A stretch of 64,000 bases of DNA from a virus, in the IMG/VR virus record IMGVR_UViG_3300027985_001729, positions 11,304 to 75,303 of that record, one strand, 5' to 3'. This document shows, piece by piece, positions 35,486 to 44,537 of this stretch. A program made the translations under genes and the position numbers. Under the pieces are notes generated by a model. The model made no database searches. It was not told the origin of the DNA and saw nothing but the letters and a program-made list of their open reading frames with translations. The first letter of the stretch is position 1. Every line of letters starts with the position of its first letter.

Positions 35486-36649
35486 TCACTGGAAGGCGCC
35501 CTTGATTCGCCCAGTCACGAACGGCGACACGAACTGCTCCGCATCGTTGTGCGCGACGACGACCTGCATCGATCCGCGCGGGCCCTCGTAAGGGTTGTAG
35601 AACTGGCGGACAAGGAAGCCTCCCTGGACCGTCGGCTGCTGCGTCTGCCCCCACGAACTGGGCAGTGCCTGGTCATTGCCAGCGTTCCACCGGAAGGTCT
35701 TTGCCGACGTAACGGTCATGCGCCCGACCTGGTTGCCGTTCGGCGGTCGGTGGGTCAGCACCACGTCACCGGCCCAGATGTATGGGTACGTGTCGGTCGC
35801 CATGTCCCAGATCTTGGCTTCGCACACATGGATGGTGGGCAGATTGAGAAAGGCGGCGAACGCGGCCCTGAGGTCTGGCGTGGGAAGGCCAGGGACGGCC
35901 TGCTTGAAGCCGGTAAAGCGCTGGACGGCAGGGTTCTCCACCATGGCATTCCAGGTATCGAGGGACATGAACATGTCCGTCGCTGGAGCGAGCATCTTTT
36001 CGCGGACTCGGTTGATGTTCGCGACGGGGTCGCTGTTGGACCCACCATTCCACCTGAGCAGTGGATCCACGGTGAGATCGAGCAGCGTAGGCGTGTATGT
36101 GTAATTCGCGTCCGTGTACAGCATCGTCTTGACGCGCTGCTCTCGATTCAGCAAGAGCTTGTTCAACACGAGCTCCATGTGGTCGAACATCAGATTGAGC
36201 GGAGAATCCTGGTTCGCGAGCACTTCGATGGGGATGTTCGCGCCGAGGGCGTACGGATACGTCTGATACCGAGAGTTCGTCAGGGTGACGCCGATCTTGT
36301 TGTACGAGGCTCCGGGCGCGACGATTGTCGCGTCGATGGGCGCGAATGCGTCCTTGGGCGAGAACTCGAAGTATCGATCGGACTCCTTGTCCACCGGAAC
36401 AGGTGGCGCCGCGAGGTCCGCCTTGTACTCTGCGTTCGAGTATTTGACGGCGAAGTTCGCGAGGATCCGCTCGACATGAACGTCGGCAACACCAACGTCC
36501 ATGCGCACGAGTTGCTCCTGCGCAGCGTGTCCACCCATCAAGGTGACGAGTTGCCCGTGGCCGTTGTCGGCGAGCATCACGTTCCTGGCGGGGTCGAAAT
36601 AGCCGATCTTCTGTCCCGTTTCCGGGTTGGTGATGGGGATCATGTTCAT
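35486..36649 (-). CDS. Major capsid protein (HK97 fold)
   Basis: DVHVERILANFAVKY..Y.ADLAAPPVPVDKESDRY, WNGGSNSDPVANI; strong RBS; position. Confidence 0.88.
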   Translation of the reverse strand: MNMIPITNPETGQKIGYFDPARNVMLADNGHGQLVTLMGGHAAQEQLVRMDVGVADVHVERILANFAVKYSNAEYKADLAAPPVPVDKESDRYFEFSPKDAFAPIDATIVAPGASYNKIGVTLTNSRYQTYPYALGANIPIEVLANQDSPLNLMFDHMELVLNKLLLNREQRVKTMLYTDANYTYTPTLLDLTVDPLLRWNGGSNSDPVANINRVREKMLAPATDMFMSLDTWNAMVENPAVQRFTGFKQAVPGLPTPDLRAAFAAFLNLPTIHVCEAKIWDMATDTYPYIWAGDVVLTHRPPNGNQVGRMTVTSAKTFRWNAGNDQALPSSWGQTQQPTVQGGFLVRQFYNPYEGPRGSMQVVVAHNDAEQFVSPFVTGRIKGAFQ

Positions 36650-36736
36650 GTTGTGGTCCTTGAGAGTGGATGTGGTTCGCTGAGCGATTACAGGGTTGGG
36701 CGTGGGTTGCGATGGTGCGTGTGAGGATCGAGGTGA

Positions 36737-37150
36737 TCAGGTGGGGGTCGACACAACGATGTCGACCTGGAGCAGTTCCCCGTCGGCGGCCGTGTGGATG
36801 GCCTGCCCGAGCTGCTCCACGCCGACGCCTTTGGCCTTGACGCGGCCGAGCTTGCCGATGGTGTCCGAGACCTGCACGTACCCACCCGCGGTGATCGCGC
36901 CGTCGGCGGTAACCTCTGCCCTACCACGCCGCATGATGCTGCCGACCTTGCCAACGTAAATGGTCGTGCGCGTCACCCCTGCCGTCCCGGTGATGCCGCC
37001 ACCAGCGGTGGGAAGCGTGATCCCGGGAGGCGTGTCGCCAGAGGCGGGGTTCGCAGGGTCGAAGATCACCGCGGTTCCGGCGGTGATGTCGGTCAACCCT
37101 GTGTTTTTGACGGTCATGAGGTCCGTCAGCGTGTTCCCAGTCGTGTTCAT
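36737..37150 (-). CDS. Capsid decoration/cement protein (DUF2190-like)
   Basis: G.AEVTADGAITAG..V.....G....LG.AIHTAADGE motif before the capsid gene. Confidence 0.8.
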   Translation of the reverse strand: MNTTGNTLTDLMTVKNTGLTDITAGTAVIFDPANPASGDTPPGITLPTAGGGITGTAGVTRTTIYVGKVGSIMRRGRAEVTADGAITAGGYVQVSDTIGKLGRVKAKGVGVEQLGQAIHTAADGELLQVDIVVSTPT

Positions 37151-37257
37151 GGAATGCTCCCGTCGCCGAGCAGGTCATGCCCACGCGGCTGAAAGACTCT
37201 TGTTTTTGTTTGGAAAGGAGACAGGTGGGCGTGGAGAGATGAGCGGAGACCCCTGGA

Positions 37258-40200
37258 TCAGTTCAGGCCGTAGTCGGCCATCGTGGCGGTACCGCGCGCG
37301 ATCTTGTACGCCGCGTTGGACGCATCACGCAGCGACAGCCCCTTTTCCTTCTCGAGTCGGTTGCTGAGCGCGACGACATCCACGTTATGCGTGGCCCCGA
37401 ACCCGTTCGGCGCGTCCACGGGCTGGCGCATCGGCACGGTCCCATTTGCACCGTTGGCGCCGCCTTGGACACCCGACCGAGACTCGGTGTACCGCCGGAG
37501 CAGGTCGGCCTGATTCGCGGGGACGAGCGGGTACATCTTATCGAACTGCTCGGGATCGTTCTTCGCGATGACCAACATGCCGCGCTTGTCCTCGTCGGTC
37601 AGGCGCTTCACGTCCTTGTAGGTGAGGAAGGCGGTGTCGACCTTCCTCGCGAGATCCGACTCGTCGCGGAGCCGAATCTGCTCGGCGAGCTTCGCGTTCT
37701 CTGCCTTGGCATTGTCCGCAGCAACGCGCGCGTCCTTGAGCTGAAGCTCGAGCATGGCGTTGCGGTCCTCGGCGTCCTTGAGGCGCACCCCCATGGCGGC
37801 CTTGTCGTCGCCGAGACGCTTCACCTCGGCGTTGAGCTTGTCGTTGAGCGCCACGAGCGCGGCGGGGTCGGTGTCGGTCATGTTCACGTTGTTCGTCATG
37901 GTCGTCGTGGCTCCGTTGTTGTCGCTGGAGTTGGCGTGGTATTCGTCTTCGTGATCGATGATCGCTTCGTCGATCATCTCCTCGATCGCGTCGAGCAGGT
38001 CGCCGAAGGTCATGTGCGCCGGGACATTCATCAGGGCGCGGAGGTCGGTCATGTACGGCTTGAGGTCGAAGCCGAGCGCCACCATATTTGGGTCGGCGTT
38101 TTCGGCGTGTTCACGCAGTCTTCCAACCTCAGCTTTGCACTCGGCGGCCGTGGCGGATTCGCCAAGCCTGAGAGCGCTTCGCAGGGCGGGAAAGAAGGTG
38201 TTCATGTTCGCGAGACGTTGATTGAGCATGCTGCCTCCAGGACGGTCCTTCGCCGCGACGGGCAGCATGCCGTCCAAAAACGGATTGTTGGTCAGGGCGC
38301 CGCTCGTCATGCGCGCCCCAATCGGCTGACCCGTCACGCGGTCCTTCGACCCGAACCTGATCGCCGGAGAGAAGAATCGATACTTGCCTTCTCGGATGTA
38401 GGTGCGCGCGGGCTCCATCCACCGGACGAGCCCCCAGAGCCCATCTGCACCCCTGTTGTCGAGCTCGAGAATCCAGCCCTGCGCCGGAGCCCCCAGCACC
38501 GGGATGGAGCCGTTCGCGCATGGCTCCTCGGTGGCGTGTTCAAAGTCGATCGGGATCCGCTGGTTGACTGTCTTGCGGAAGTTGTCGACGATCTGCTCGA
38601 AGATCCCAGGGTTGAGGTCGAATGGGCCAGCGGGATGACCCCGGAAAGTCCCCACCTTGGCGACCTGAATCCAGCGGGGCCCATCGTCCGTCTCGCCATC
38701 GCTCGCCGCCATACCCTTCGCGCTGGCGAGAAGGCGCTCTGCTTCTTCGACGAGACCCTTGTCGCGGAGGGCTTTGACCTGCTCGTTCAGCTTGGTCTGG
38801 TCACATGCCGGAGCCTTCGCGGTTCCGAGGGTGAGCTCGACGCATTCGCCCATGAGGATGGGGTCCTCGCCATCCGCCATGGCGTGACGGATCTCGAAGC
38901 TTGGACCCCCAGGGAGACCAATGCGCATGTGCAGACCTCGAGGCCGAGGCCCCATAGGGCGCCCTTCGAACGGTGCACCCATGGCTCCTTCCTTCGCCTC
39001 GACCGGCTTCCCCTCGTGCTTGATGCCGAACTTCTTGTACGCCTTGAGGATGTTGCCCTTGACCCGGTCGTAGGTGGCCTTCGACATCGAGCTCTTGTTC
39101 TGCTCCAGGCGTGCCATCGCGTTGCGAGCGTGAGCTGCGTCGTGGATCGGGTAAGCCCTCTGCTCTGGCCACGCGAATGCGTTCTTGGGCAGCGCTTTGC
39201 GCTGCTTGGTCTTGAGCGGCGCCATGGTGCGCTTGCCCTGCCCCTGGTTATTTTGCTTGTCGGTCGGGAGAGCATTCAACCCAAGGGTGGCGAGCGATCG
39301 CTGAACGGCGTTGTTGAGATCTGCTTCTGTGTTGCTCATGGTGACCCTGGTTGTTGCGAGGTCTGGACGGTCAAAGGAGGTCGGTGAGCGGGATAGGGTG
39401 GCGATGTCACGAGCGGGCCAGAACAACGACCGCCCGTCCTTCGCGACGAAGGCGATCCAATCCTTTTGAGGTGCCTCGATCCACCCGAGCCAACCACCAA
39501 CGTCATCGGGGTTCGCGTAGGTCCCGGAGAGCTCCGCGGAGAGGGCAGGGTGGTTCTCTGGCATCCCACCTGCGCGGCAGAGCACAGCCCAGCCGTGTAC
39601 CGCGACAAAGCTCGACGAGGACTCTCGAGCGTGCATGACGTGGGCGGGCTCTCCACGGTCAGAGGCCTTCTTCTCGTCGGCGGCGTCCATCTGGCGCACG
39701 AGCTTCTCCGACCACGCGCGTCCAGGATCACCGCCCCATAGCGCCCATGCGATGCGCCCGTTCGAGGGAAAGCCATCCTCAGCCGGAGACCACCCCTTGC
39801 CCTTCTTGTCCACCTCGTGGCGTGGGAAGTAGCGCGAGATGTGCCGTGCCTTGTCGGGGGAAACTCGAGGCGACCCGACCAGGGCACGAGCGGTGGCAAC
39901 ACCAACCTCGGTTCCTCCGCGCCCGTGCTCCTTCCGCCAGTCGAGGCCGCGCTTGGCTTCCTCAGCGACGCCCTTGGGAACGCTGAAGTCGATGTGGTCG
40001 TATCGACCATCGGCCAAGCGCCTGGCCTGCGAGGCGGCAAGGTAGTGGTCGTAGGCATCCAAGACCGCCTGCATGACGGAGGACCCAGATAGCCCGACGG
40101 TGGTGACGCCTTCGGCGACTGATTTGATCGAGCACCGCCACGACATCGAAGAGCTAGGTCCCTGGCCGATGAGACGCCCATTCGCAGCGTGAGCCATGGC

Positions 40201-41046
40201 CTGCTGGTCGAGGTCGAGGATGGCTCTCTCTGGCGCCCGCTCTGCACACGTCCGGTGCATGCGATAGAAAAGGCTGTACCCGCAGGCTGGACCTTCGATC
40301 GCCATCAAGCTGACCGTGCGCACATCCGTCTCCGTCCACGGGACGCCACAGAGGGGGCACGTGTTGTTTGTCGGCTCGGTTGGATCCGAGTTGGGCCCCG
40401 TGAAGTAGCCGACGGACTCGGGTGGAAGTGTCGGACCACCAGACCATTCACCATGATCAGACATCGAGACGATCCCAGGATCGATGCCGAGCAGGGCCCG
40501 GATGAAGCCTACTGGGATGTCGATCATGTCCCCGAAGCGCTCCTGTGGGATGTGCGCGCAGTAGCAGGCCAGCGCGTCGACATCCGAGTCGAACCCGAGC
40601 ATCACCTTGAGCTCGTCGAACGTCCCATCCTTCTTGAGCTGCTTGATGAGGTACGCCCGCTCGGCGCGCGGGTTCGGGCCCACGAATACGTCGAGCTCTT
40701 CACCGTCGCCGCCATCGGTCTTGCGGATGAACCCGTAGTCGACGAGGTAGGTGCGCGTGGCGACCACGTTGCCCGCGTCGTCGAGGAGCTCCTGCACGAA
40801 CCCTTTGGGGCGGTCGATGGCCACCTGAATCCCAGAGACTTCGACCACCTTGGCGATCTTCGCTGGCTTCTTCTTCGTCCGCGGGTCGGCGAGACACATC
40901 GGGATGTCGAGCATCGACATGGCAGCGCCTGCCGGGTAGACGGGCTTGACACGTTTTCCGCCTGGCTTCCGACGACCCCTCGAAACCTGGATAGGTCCTT
41001 CCACGTGGACGTCGGCGACGCCAAGGTCGAGAGATCGCGCTGTCAT
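37258..41046 (-). CDS. Multidomain prohead protease/scaffold polyprotein (Mu gpI-like protease with N-terminal cargo domains)
   Basis: Protease motifs WIQV..G.F.GH, IPIDFEHA, AQGWI, GKYRFFSP, ALTNNPFL; C-terminal coiled coil; N-terminal DYGFIRKTDGGDGEELDVFVG..FDELKVMLGF; AGGA RBS before MTARS. Confidence 0.9.
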   Translation of the reverse strand: MTARSLDLGVADVHVEGPIQVSRGRRKPGGKRVKPVYPAGAAMSMLDIPMCLADPRTKKKPAKIAKVVEVSGIQVAIDRPKGFVQELLDDAGNVVATRTYLVDYGFIRKTDGGDGEELDVFVGPNPRAERAYLIKQLKKDGTFDELKVMLGFDSDVDALACYCAHIPQERFGDMIDIPVGFIRALLGIDPGIVSMSDHGEWSGGPTLPPESVGYFTGPNSDPTEPTNNTCPLCGVPWTETDVRTVSLMAIEGPACGYSLFYRMHRTCAERAPERAILDLDQQAMAHAANGRLIGQGPSSSMSWRCSIKSVAEGVTTVGLSGSSVMQAVLDAYDHYLAASQARRLADGRYDHIDFSVPKGVAEEAKRGLDWRKEHGRGGTEVGVATARALVGSPRVSPDKARHISRYFPRHEVDKKGKGWSPAEDGFPSNGRIAWALWGGDPGRAWSEKLVRQMDAADEKKASDRGEPAHVMHARESSSSFVAVHGWAVLCRAGGMPENHPALSAELSGTYANPDDVGGWLGWIEAPQKDWIAFVAKDGRSLFWPARDIATLSRSPTSFDRPDLATTRVTMSNTEADLNNAVQRSLATLGLNALPTDKQNNQGQGKRTMAPLKTKQRKALPKNAFAWPEQRAYPIHDAAHARNAMARLEQNKSSMSKATYDRVKGNILKAYKKFGIKHEGKPVEAKEGAMGAPFEGRPMGPRPRGLHMRIGLPGGPSFEIRHAMADGEDPILMGECVELTLGTAKAPACDQTKLNEQVKALRDKGLVEEAERLLASAKGMAASDGETDDGPRWIQVAKVGTFRGHPAGPFDLNPGIFEQIVDNFRKTVNQRIPIDFEHATEEPCANGSIPVLGAPAQGWILELDNRGADGLWGLVRWMEPARTYIREGKYRFFSPAIRFGSKDRVTGQPIGARMTSGALTNNPFLDGMLPVAAKDRPGGSMLNQRLANMNTFFPALRSALRLGESATAAECKAEVGRLREHAENADPNMVALGFDLKPYMTDLRALMNVPAHMTFGDLLDAIEEMIDEAIIDHEDEYHANSSDNNGATTTMTNNVNMTDTDPAALVALNDKLNAEVKRLGDDKAAMGVRLKDAEDRNAMLELQLKDARVAADNAKAENAKLAEQIRLRDESDLARKVDTAFLTYKDVKRLTDEDKRGMLVIAKNDPEQFDKMYPLVPANQADLLRRYTESRSGVQGGANGANGTVPMRQPVDAPNGFGATHNVDVVALSNRLEKEKGLSLRDASNAAYKIARGTATMADYGLN

Positions 41047-41056
41047 GGTGTCCTGC

Positions 41057-41425
41057 TCAGGGGATGTTGTGGCCAATGGCGATCGCTACCGCCCGAACGA
41101 CGGAGAGGAAGAGCGCATCTTTTGCGCGCTGCTCAGGAGGCAGCGATCGGTACGGGACCATGCACGGGTGGGTCTTCGCGGCGATGTCCTTGACCGCCCC
41201 ATATGCCCACCCAGTGCGTTCTTTTTCAGCCAGCCACTCGGCGTGGCTCTGCTCTGGCGTGTTCCCAGCCAGAGCACCAGCGACACCCTTCCGCGCGCTC
41301 TCCTTCTGCCAGTCGGGGGCGTCGTCCCATGCCGGCTGCGAAGTGTCCCCGATCGCCAAGCAGTAGGCGCGGTTCGCCTCGTGCGCCGCTCGAGCGCAGG
41401 TCTCAATGACGGCCTGCGGCGTCAT
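41057..41425 (-). CDS. RyR-domain protein
   Basis: SHAEWLAEKERTGWAYGAVKD...KTHPCMVPYRSLPPEQRAKD. Confidence 0.85.
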   Translation of the reverse strand: MTPQAVIETCARAAHEANRAYCLAIGDTSQPAWDDAPDWQKESARKGVAGALAGNTPEQSHAEWLAEKERTGWAYGAVKDIAAKTHPCMVPYRSLPPEQRAKDALFLSVVRAVAIAIGHNIP

Positions 41426-42069
41426 GCTGCGGTGGCGACCTCGTAGGTGATCACGTAGTCGTTGGTGCCGTTCGGCGCGGTGTTCGGCGTGTAACCGCCG
41501 TTCGGCGCATTGACCGTGGGGAGAGAGAAAGTGCCATCGGTCGCCGGCATGACCCCATTTACCTTCTCCCCCAGGTAGTGCGCGTACCCGGCTCGAGAGG
41601 CGATCGGGGACCCGAGCCCGATCACGTCGCCTGTGCCAACCGACATCGTTGCCCCCGTCCCATCGCCGGCCGTGAACGCGATCGAGGTGATGCTCGCGAA
41701 GCACTTCACTCCAGCCGCCACGGTCGCCGTCTGGGCCACAGTGATGGTCTCTGTGATCACCGACCCGTTGACGTCGTACCCAGTGACGACAGCCTCCGCC
41801 GGGGCATCCGCAGGCGTCAGACCCGCCGTGGTGATCGTGATGTTGCGTGGCGGGCTGATGGCGCCGTCGCCGATCGTCCCGTCGAGATCGGCCACGCCGT
41901 AAGTCACCGCAGTCACCTGGCTGGCCTGGGCGGTCAGGATCGCCACCGCATCAGCCGCGGCTACGTTCGCCATCTCGTCCACAGTACCCACCAGCAGGTC
42001 GGCCTGAAGGAGGTGCTTGGCGATCGAGTAGGGGTAGTTCGAGACGTTGGGGGAAAAGCGGGTCGTCAT
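41422..42069 (-). CDS. Beta-rich virion structural protein
   Basis: PRNITIT...VTGYDVNGSVITETIT...GVKCFASITSI; ATGA overlaps on both sides. Confidence 0.75.
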   Translation of the reverse strand: MTTRFSPNVSNYPYSIAKHLLQADLLVGTVDEMANVAAADAVAILTAQASQVTAVTYGVADLDGTIGDGAISPPRNITITTAGLTPADAPAEAVVTGYDVNGSVITETITVAQTATVAAGVKCFASITSIAFTAGDGTGATMSVGTGDVIGLGSPIASRAGYAHYLGEKVNGVMPATDGTFSLPTVNAPNGGYTPNTAPNGTNDYVITYEVATAA

Positions 42070-43805
42070 GGCAAGTCCTCATCCTTCGGCGGCTTCGCGC
42101 CTTTTCGTGTCTTCGCAGGCGGCGACGCGGGGACAGCCTTGCCGCCCTCCTCGCCCACATCCTCGTTTTGCTTCGATCTTTCTCCCTCACCAATGGGCGC
42201 CCCCGTCGCCGCAGGAGCAGGAGCCCCAACATCGACAGGCGTGGTTGGTGGCACAGGCTTGGCGAACTTTGCGATCAGCCCGGCCATGAACCCGGCGACG
42301 TCGCTCTCCGTCATTCTGGCAAGAGCGCTCTTCATCGCGGGGGTAATGTTGAGCCCAACAGCCTCAGCCAGAGCGACGGCAAGGCTTTGGAAATCCGTCT
42401 CGCCGGATCGGCCATGCAGAGCCTCGAGCAGCATCAGCTCAGCAGGCTTGAGCGGGGCAACGCGGATGCTTTCTTCGTCCTTGGGGTTGACCAGCCGCAG
42501 GCCGAGCTCGCCAGCGAGCCATGCCCCATCTACCGGCAGGCCAATGCCCGCCGCATCGATCGCGCGCTTGAGGAGCGCTTCTGGGCTCACGTGCTCAACG
42601 TGGACGATGATGTTGGGGCAGAGGTGCTCCTCGCCAGGAAAGTTCAGATGAGTGAGCCACCAGATGAGATCCGTCTTGATGGTGTCCGCGAAGTTGGCAG
42701 CGTCGTAGCGCGCATTGCGGATGCTCCCACGCTCGTGAACCTCACCAAGGCTTCGAGCCCCACGGTCGCCCGCATCGGTGGTGAGGGTGCCCCCGAGCAC
42801 GGCCTTGCTCATCTCGTCGTTGCAAAGACGGATCAGCTCAGCGTGGTTCATCCCCCCGGACGAACCCTTCATCGCCGGGCCATCGAGCTCGACCTTTATC
42901 GAGTCGGGCAGGGTGGCTCCGGCAAGAGCTCCCGACCCGAGCGCCTTCAGGGCAAGGTCGGCAGCGTCGATGTCCGGCTGCGTCGCGACGCGTGGGTTGG
43001 GGTTATTGGGGATCTTGGTGTTGTAGTAGGCGAGGGCCCAGGGCTTTGAAAACCGCTCGACGAACTGCGACGCCCCGCGCATGGCCATGTTTTTGATGGC
43101 CATGTACCAGGCGATCTCTCTGCCAACGCCTTCGCGCGTCGTGTAGTTGCCTCGCACACCTGGCTCGAAGACGATGAACTTCCCTGGGTGATCGGCGACG
43201 CTCAGCCCGAAGACGTTCATGGTCGGCTGCTCGGCCATCCCAAGCCCAGGCTGGACCATGCCCTGGTCCCAGATCCGCAAATCCCACCGCCCCTGGTCCG
43301 GGTAGGCAAGCCGTCGGCTGTGAATGAAACCGAACCCCGCCACGTGCCAGCCGTCGACATCGCGGGTCCAGTAGGTCTCTAGCGCGGTGATCCCGTAGAA
43401 GACGCCCCAGAGCAGACCGTAGAAGGCCTTCGTCTTCTTGGGGATCTCGTCCCACCTCTGCTGCACGACGTCGCGGATGTACGCCGCCCTTTGCGCCGCG
43501 TCTGCGTCTCCTTCGGGTGTCTTCGCTGCGACGATATCAACGCGCCCTCCAGCCACCGCCAGCACGCGCTGGGAGACGATGGCGAAGGCGTGCGGGTCCT
43601 TCTCGATGAGCTCGTCGAGAGCATCGACGTATTGCTGGCGGTACCCGCTCTGGCAGAGCCGGTAGACCGCCGACAGATATTGAAGGGTAAGGTTGGACCC
43701 GAGGAGGGTCGGGTACCTATCGATGAGCGGGATCGGCGCCAGGACGCGCTCGCCAGCATTGTCGTTGCCGCTCTGCGCGACGAACGGGTTCTTTTTGCTG
43801 GCCAT
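42066..43805 (-). CDS. Portal protein (Mu gp29/DUF935-like)
   Basis: EKDPH, FVERFSKPW, CNDEMSKAVLGGTLTT..G.RSLGEVHE. Confidence 0.93.
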   Translation of the reverse strand: MASKKNPFVAQSGNDNAGERVLAPIPLIDRYPTLLGSNLTLQYLSAVYRLCQSGYRQQYVDALDELIEKDPHAFAIVSQRVLAVAGGRVDIVAAKTPEGDADAAQRAAYIRDVVQQRWDEIPKKTKAFYGLLWGVFYGITALETYWTRDVDGWHVAGFGFIHSRRLAYPDQGRWDLRIWDQGMVQPGLGMAEQPTMNVFGLSVADHPGKFIVFEPGVRGNYTTREGVGREIAWYMAIKNMAMRGASQFVERFSKPWALAYYNTKIPNNPNPRVATQPDIDAADLALKALGSGALAGATLPDSIKVELDGPAMKGSSGGMNHAELIRLCNDEMSKAVLGGTLTTDAGDRGARSLGEVHERGSIRNARYDAANFADTIKTDLIWWLTHLNFPGEEHLCPNIIVHVEHVSPEALLKRAIDAAGIGLPVDGAWLAGELGLRLVNPKDEESIRVAPLKPAELMLLEALHGRSGETDFQSLAVALAEAVGLNITPAMKSALARMTESDVAGFMAGLIAKFAKPVPPTTPVDVGAPAPAATGAPIGEGERSKQNEDVGEEGGKAVPASPPAKTRKGAKPPKDEDLP

Positions 43806-43841
43806 GGAGGCAGGTTATCGACGGCCCGTTGGCCGCAGCCA

Positions 43842-44408
43842 TCAGCCCTGCGGCTGGGCCTGGCCCCGGTCGGACGCGAGGATGGGGGACACAGCGAACT
43901 GATCGACGCAGCACGTGGACGCGATCAGCTTCCAGCCTTCCTTCTCCCCATCCACGAGGATGTTGTCGAGAATGACCGAGGTCTCCTTGTCCCCGAGCTC
44001 TTGGGCCATCGCACGTGTCGCGCGGAGGTGCGTCCTCCACTGCGCCATCCGGTCGATCAGGACCCTCGTGTGGTCGGCGGCAGAAACGAGCCCAGGCGGG
44101 TACGGGGCGAGCTTTGAATTGCAGAGGATGCCCTCGAGCGTGCTCTCCGAGAGCCACCCAAGCTGGGACACTCGCTCAGCCAGCGTGTCCGCAGCCCCGT
44201 CGAGAAATCCGTAGAGCTCACCGAACCGCTCGTGCATCTCCTCGAATGTAGGACCACGAACGTTGCGATGTGCGGTCTTCGCAGCGTGCGACAAAGCCTC
44301 CGTACAGGCGAGCGAGCCATTGAGCTCGGCGACGATGCGCATCTTCGTCTCGGCTGGCAGGGCGCAGAGAGACTTGAACAGCCTGGCAGGATCTTGTTCC
44401 AGAAGCAT
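43842..44408 (-). CDS. Dps/ferritin-like protein
   Basis: AHRNVRGPTFEEMHERFGELY......DTLAERVSQLG, matching the Dps ferroxidase signature; start uncertain. Confidence 0.8.
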   Translation of the reverse strand: MLLEQDPARLFKSLCALPAETKMRIVAELNGSLACTEALSHAAKTAHRNVRGPTFEEMHERFGELYGFLDGAADTLAERVSQLGWLSESTLEGILCNSKLAPYPPGLVSAADHTRVLIDRMAQWRTHLRATRAMAQELGDKETSVILDNILVDGEKEGWKLIASTCCVDQFAVSPILASDRGQAQPQG

Positions 44409-44475
44409 GGTCCGTGGGGGAGTTGTAGGGATGTGGGCGTCGCTCGGAGGCACGAGCGGAGGATATGGGAAAGGT

Positions 44476-44504
44476 ATGATATTAAACGTCACCGAAAAGA
44501 GCAA
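44476..44504 (-). promoter_or_regulatory. Candidate late promoter
   Basis: TTGCTC-17 nt-TATCAT in an AT-rich gap upstream of dps/portal. Confidence 0.45.
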
Positions 44505-44537
44505 AGTTTGCCGAATCGATGACTTTTTCAGCCTCGT

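Noticed and set aside
37387-39387. 666-aa + strand ORF and similar long antisense ORFs (17808-18998, 35468-36724, 53370-55064)
   Set aside because: Shadow frames of GC3-rich genes with clear motifs on the other strand
26189-43805. Transposable Mu-like phage
   Set aside because: Only the virion genes are Mu-like; no MuA/MuB seen, and replication is initiator plus DnaB
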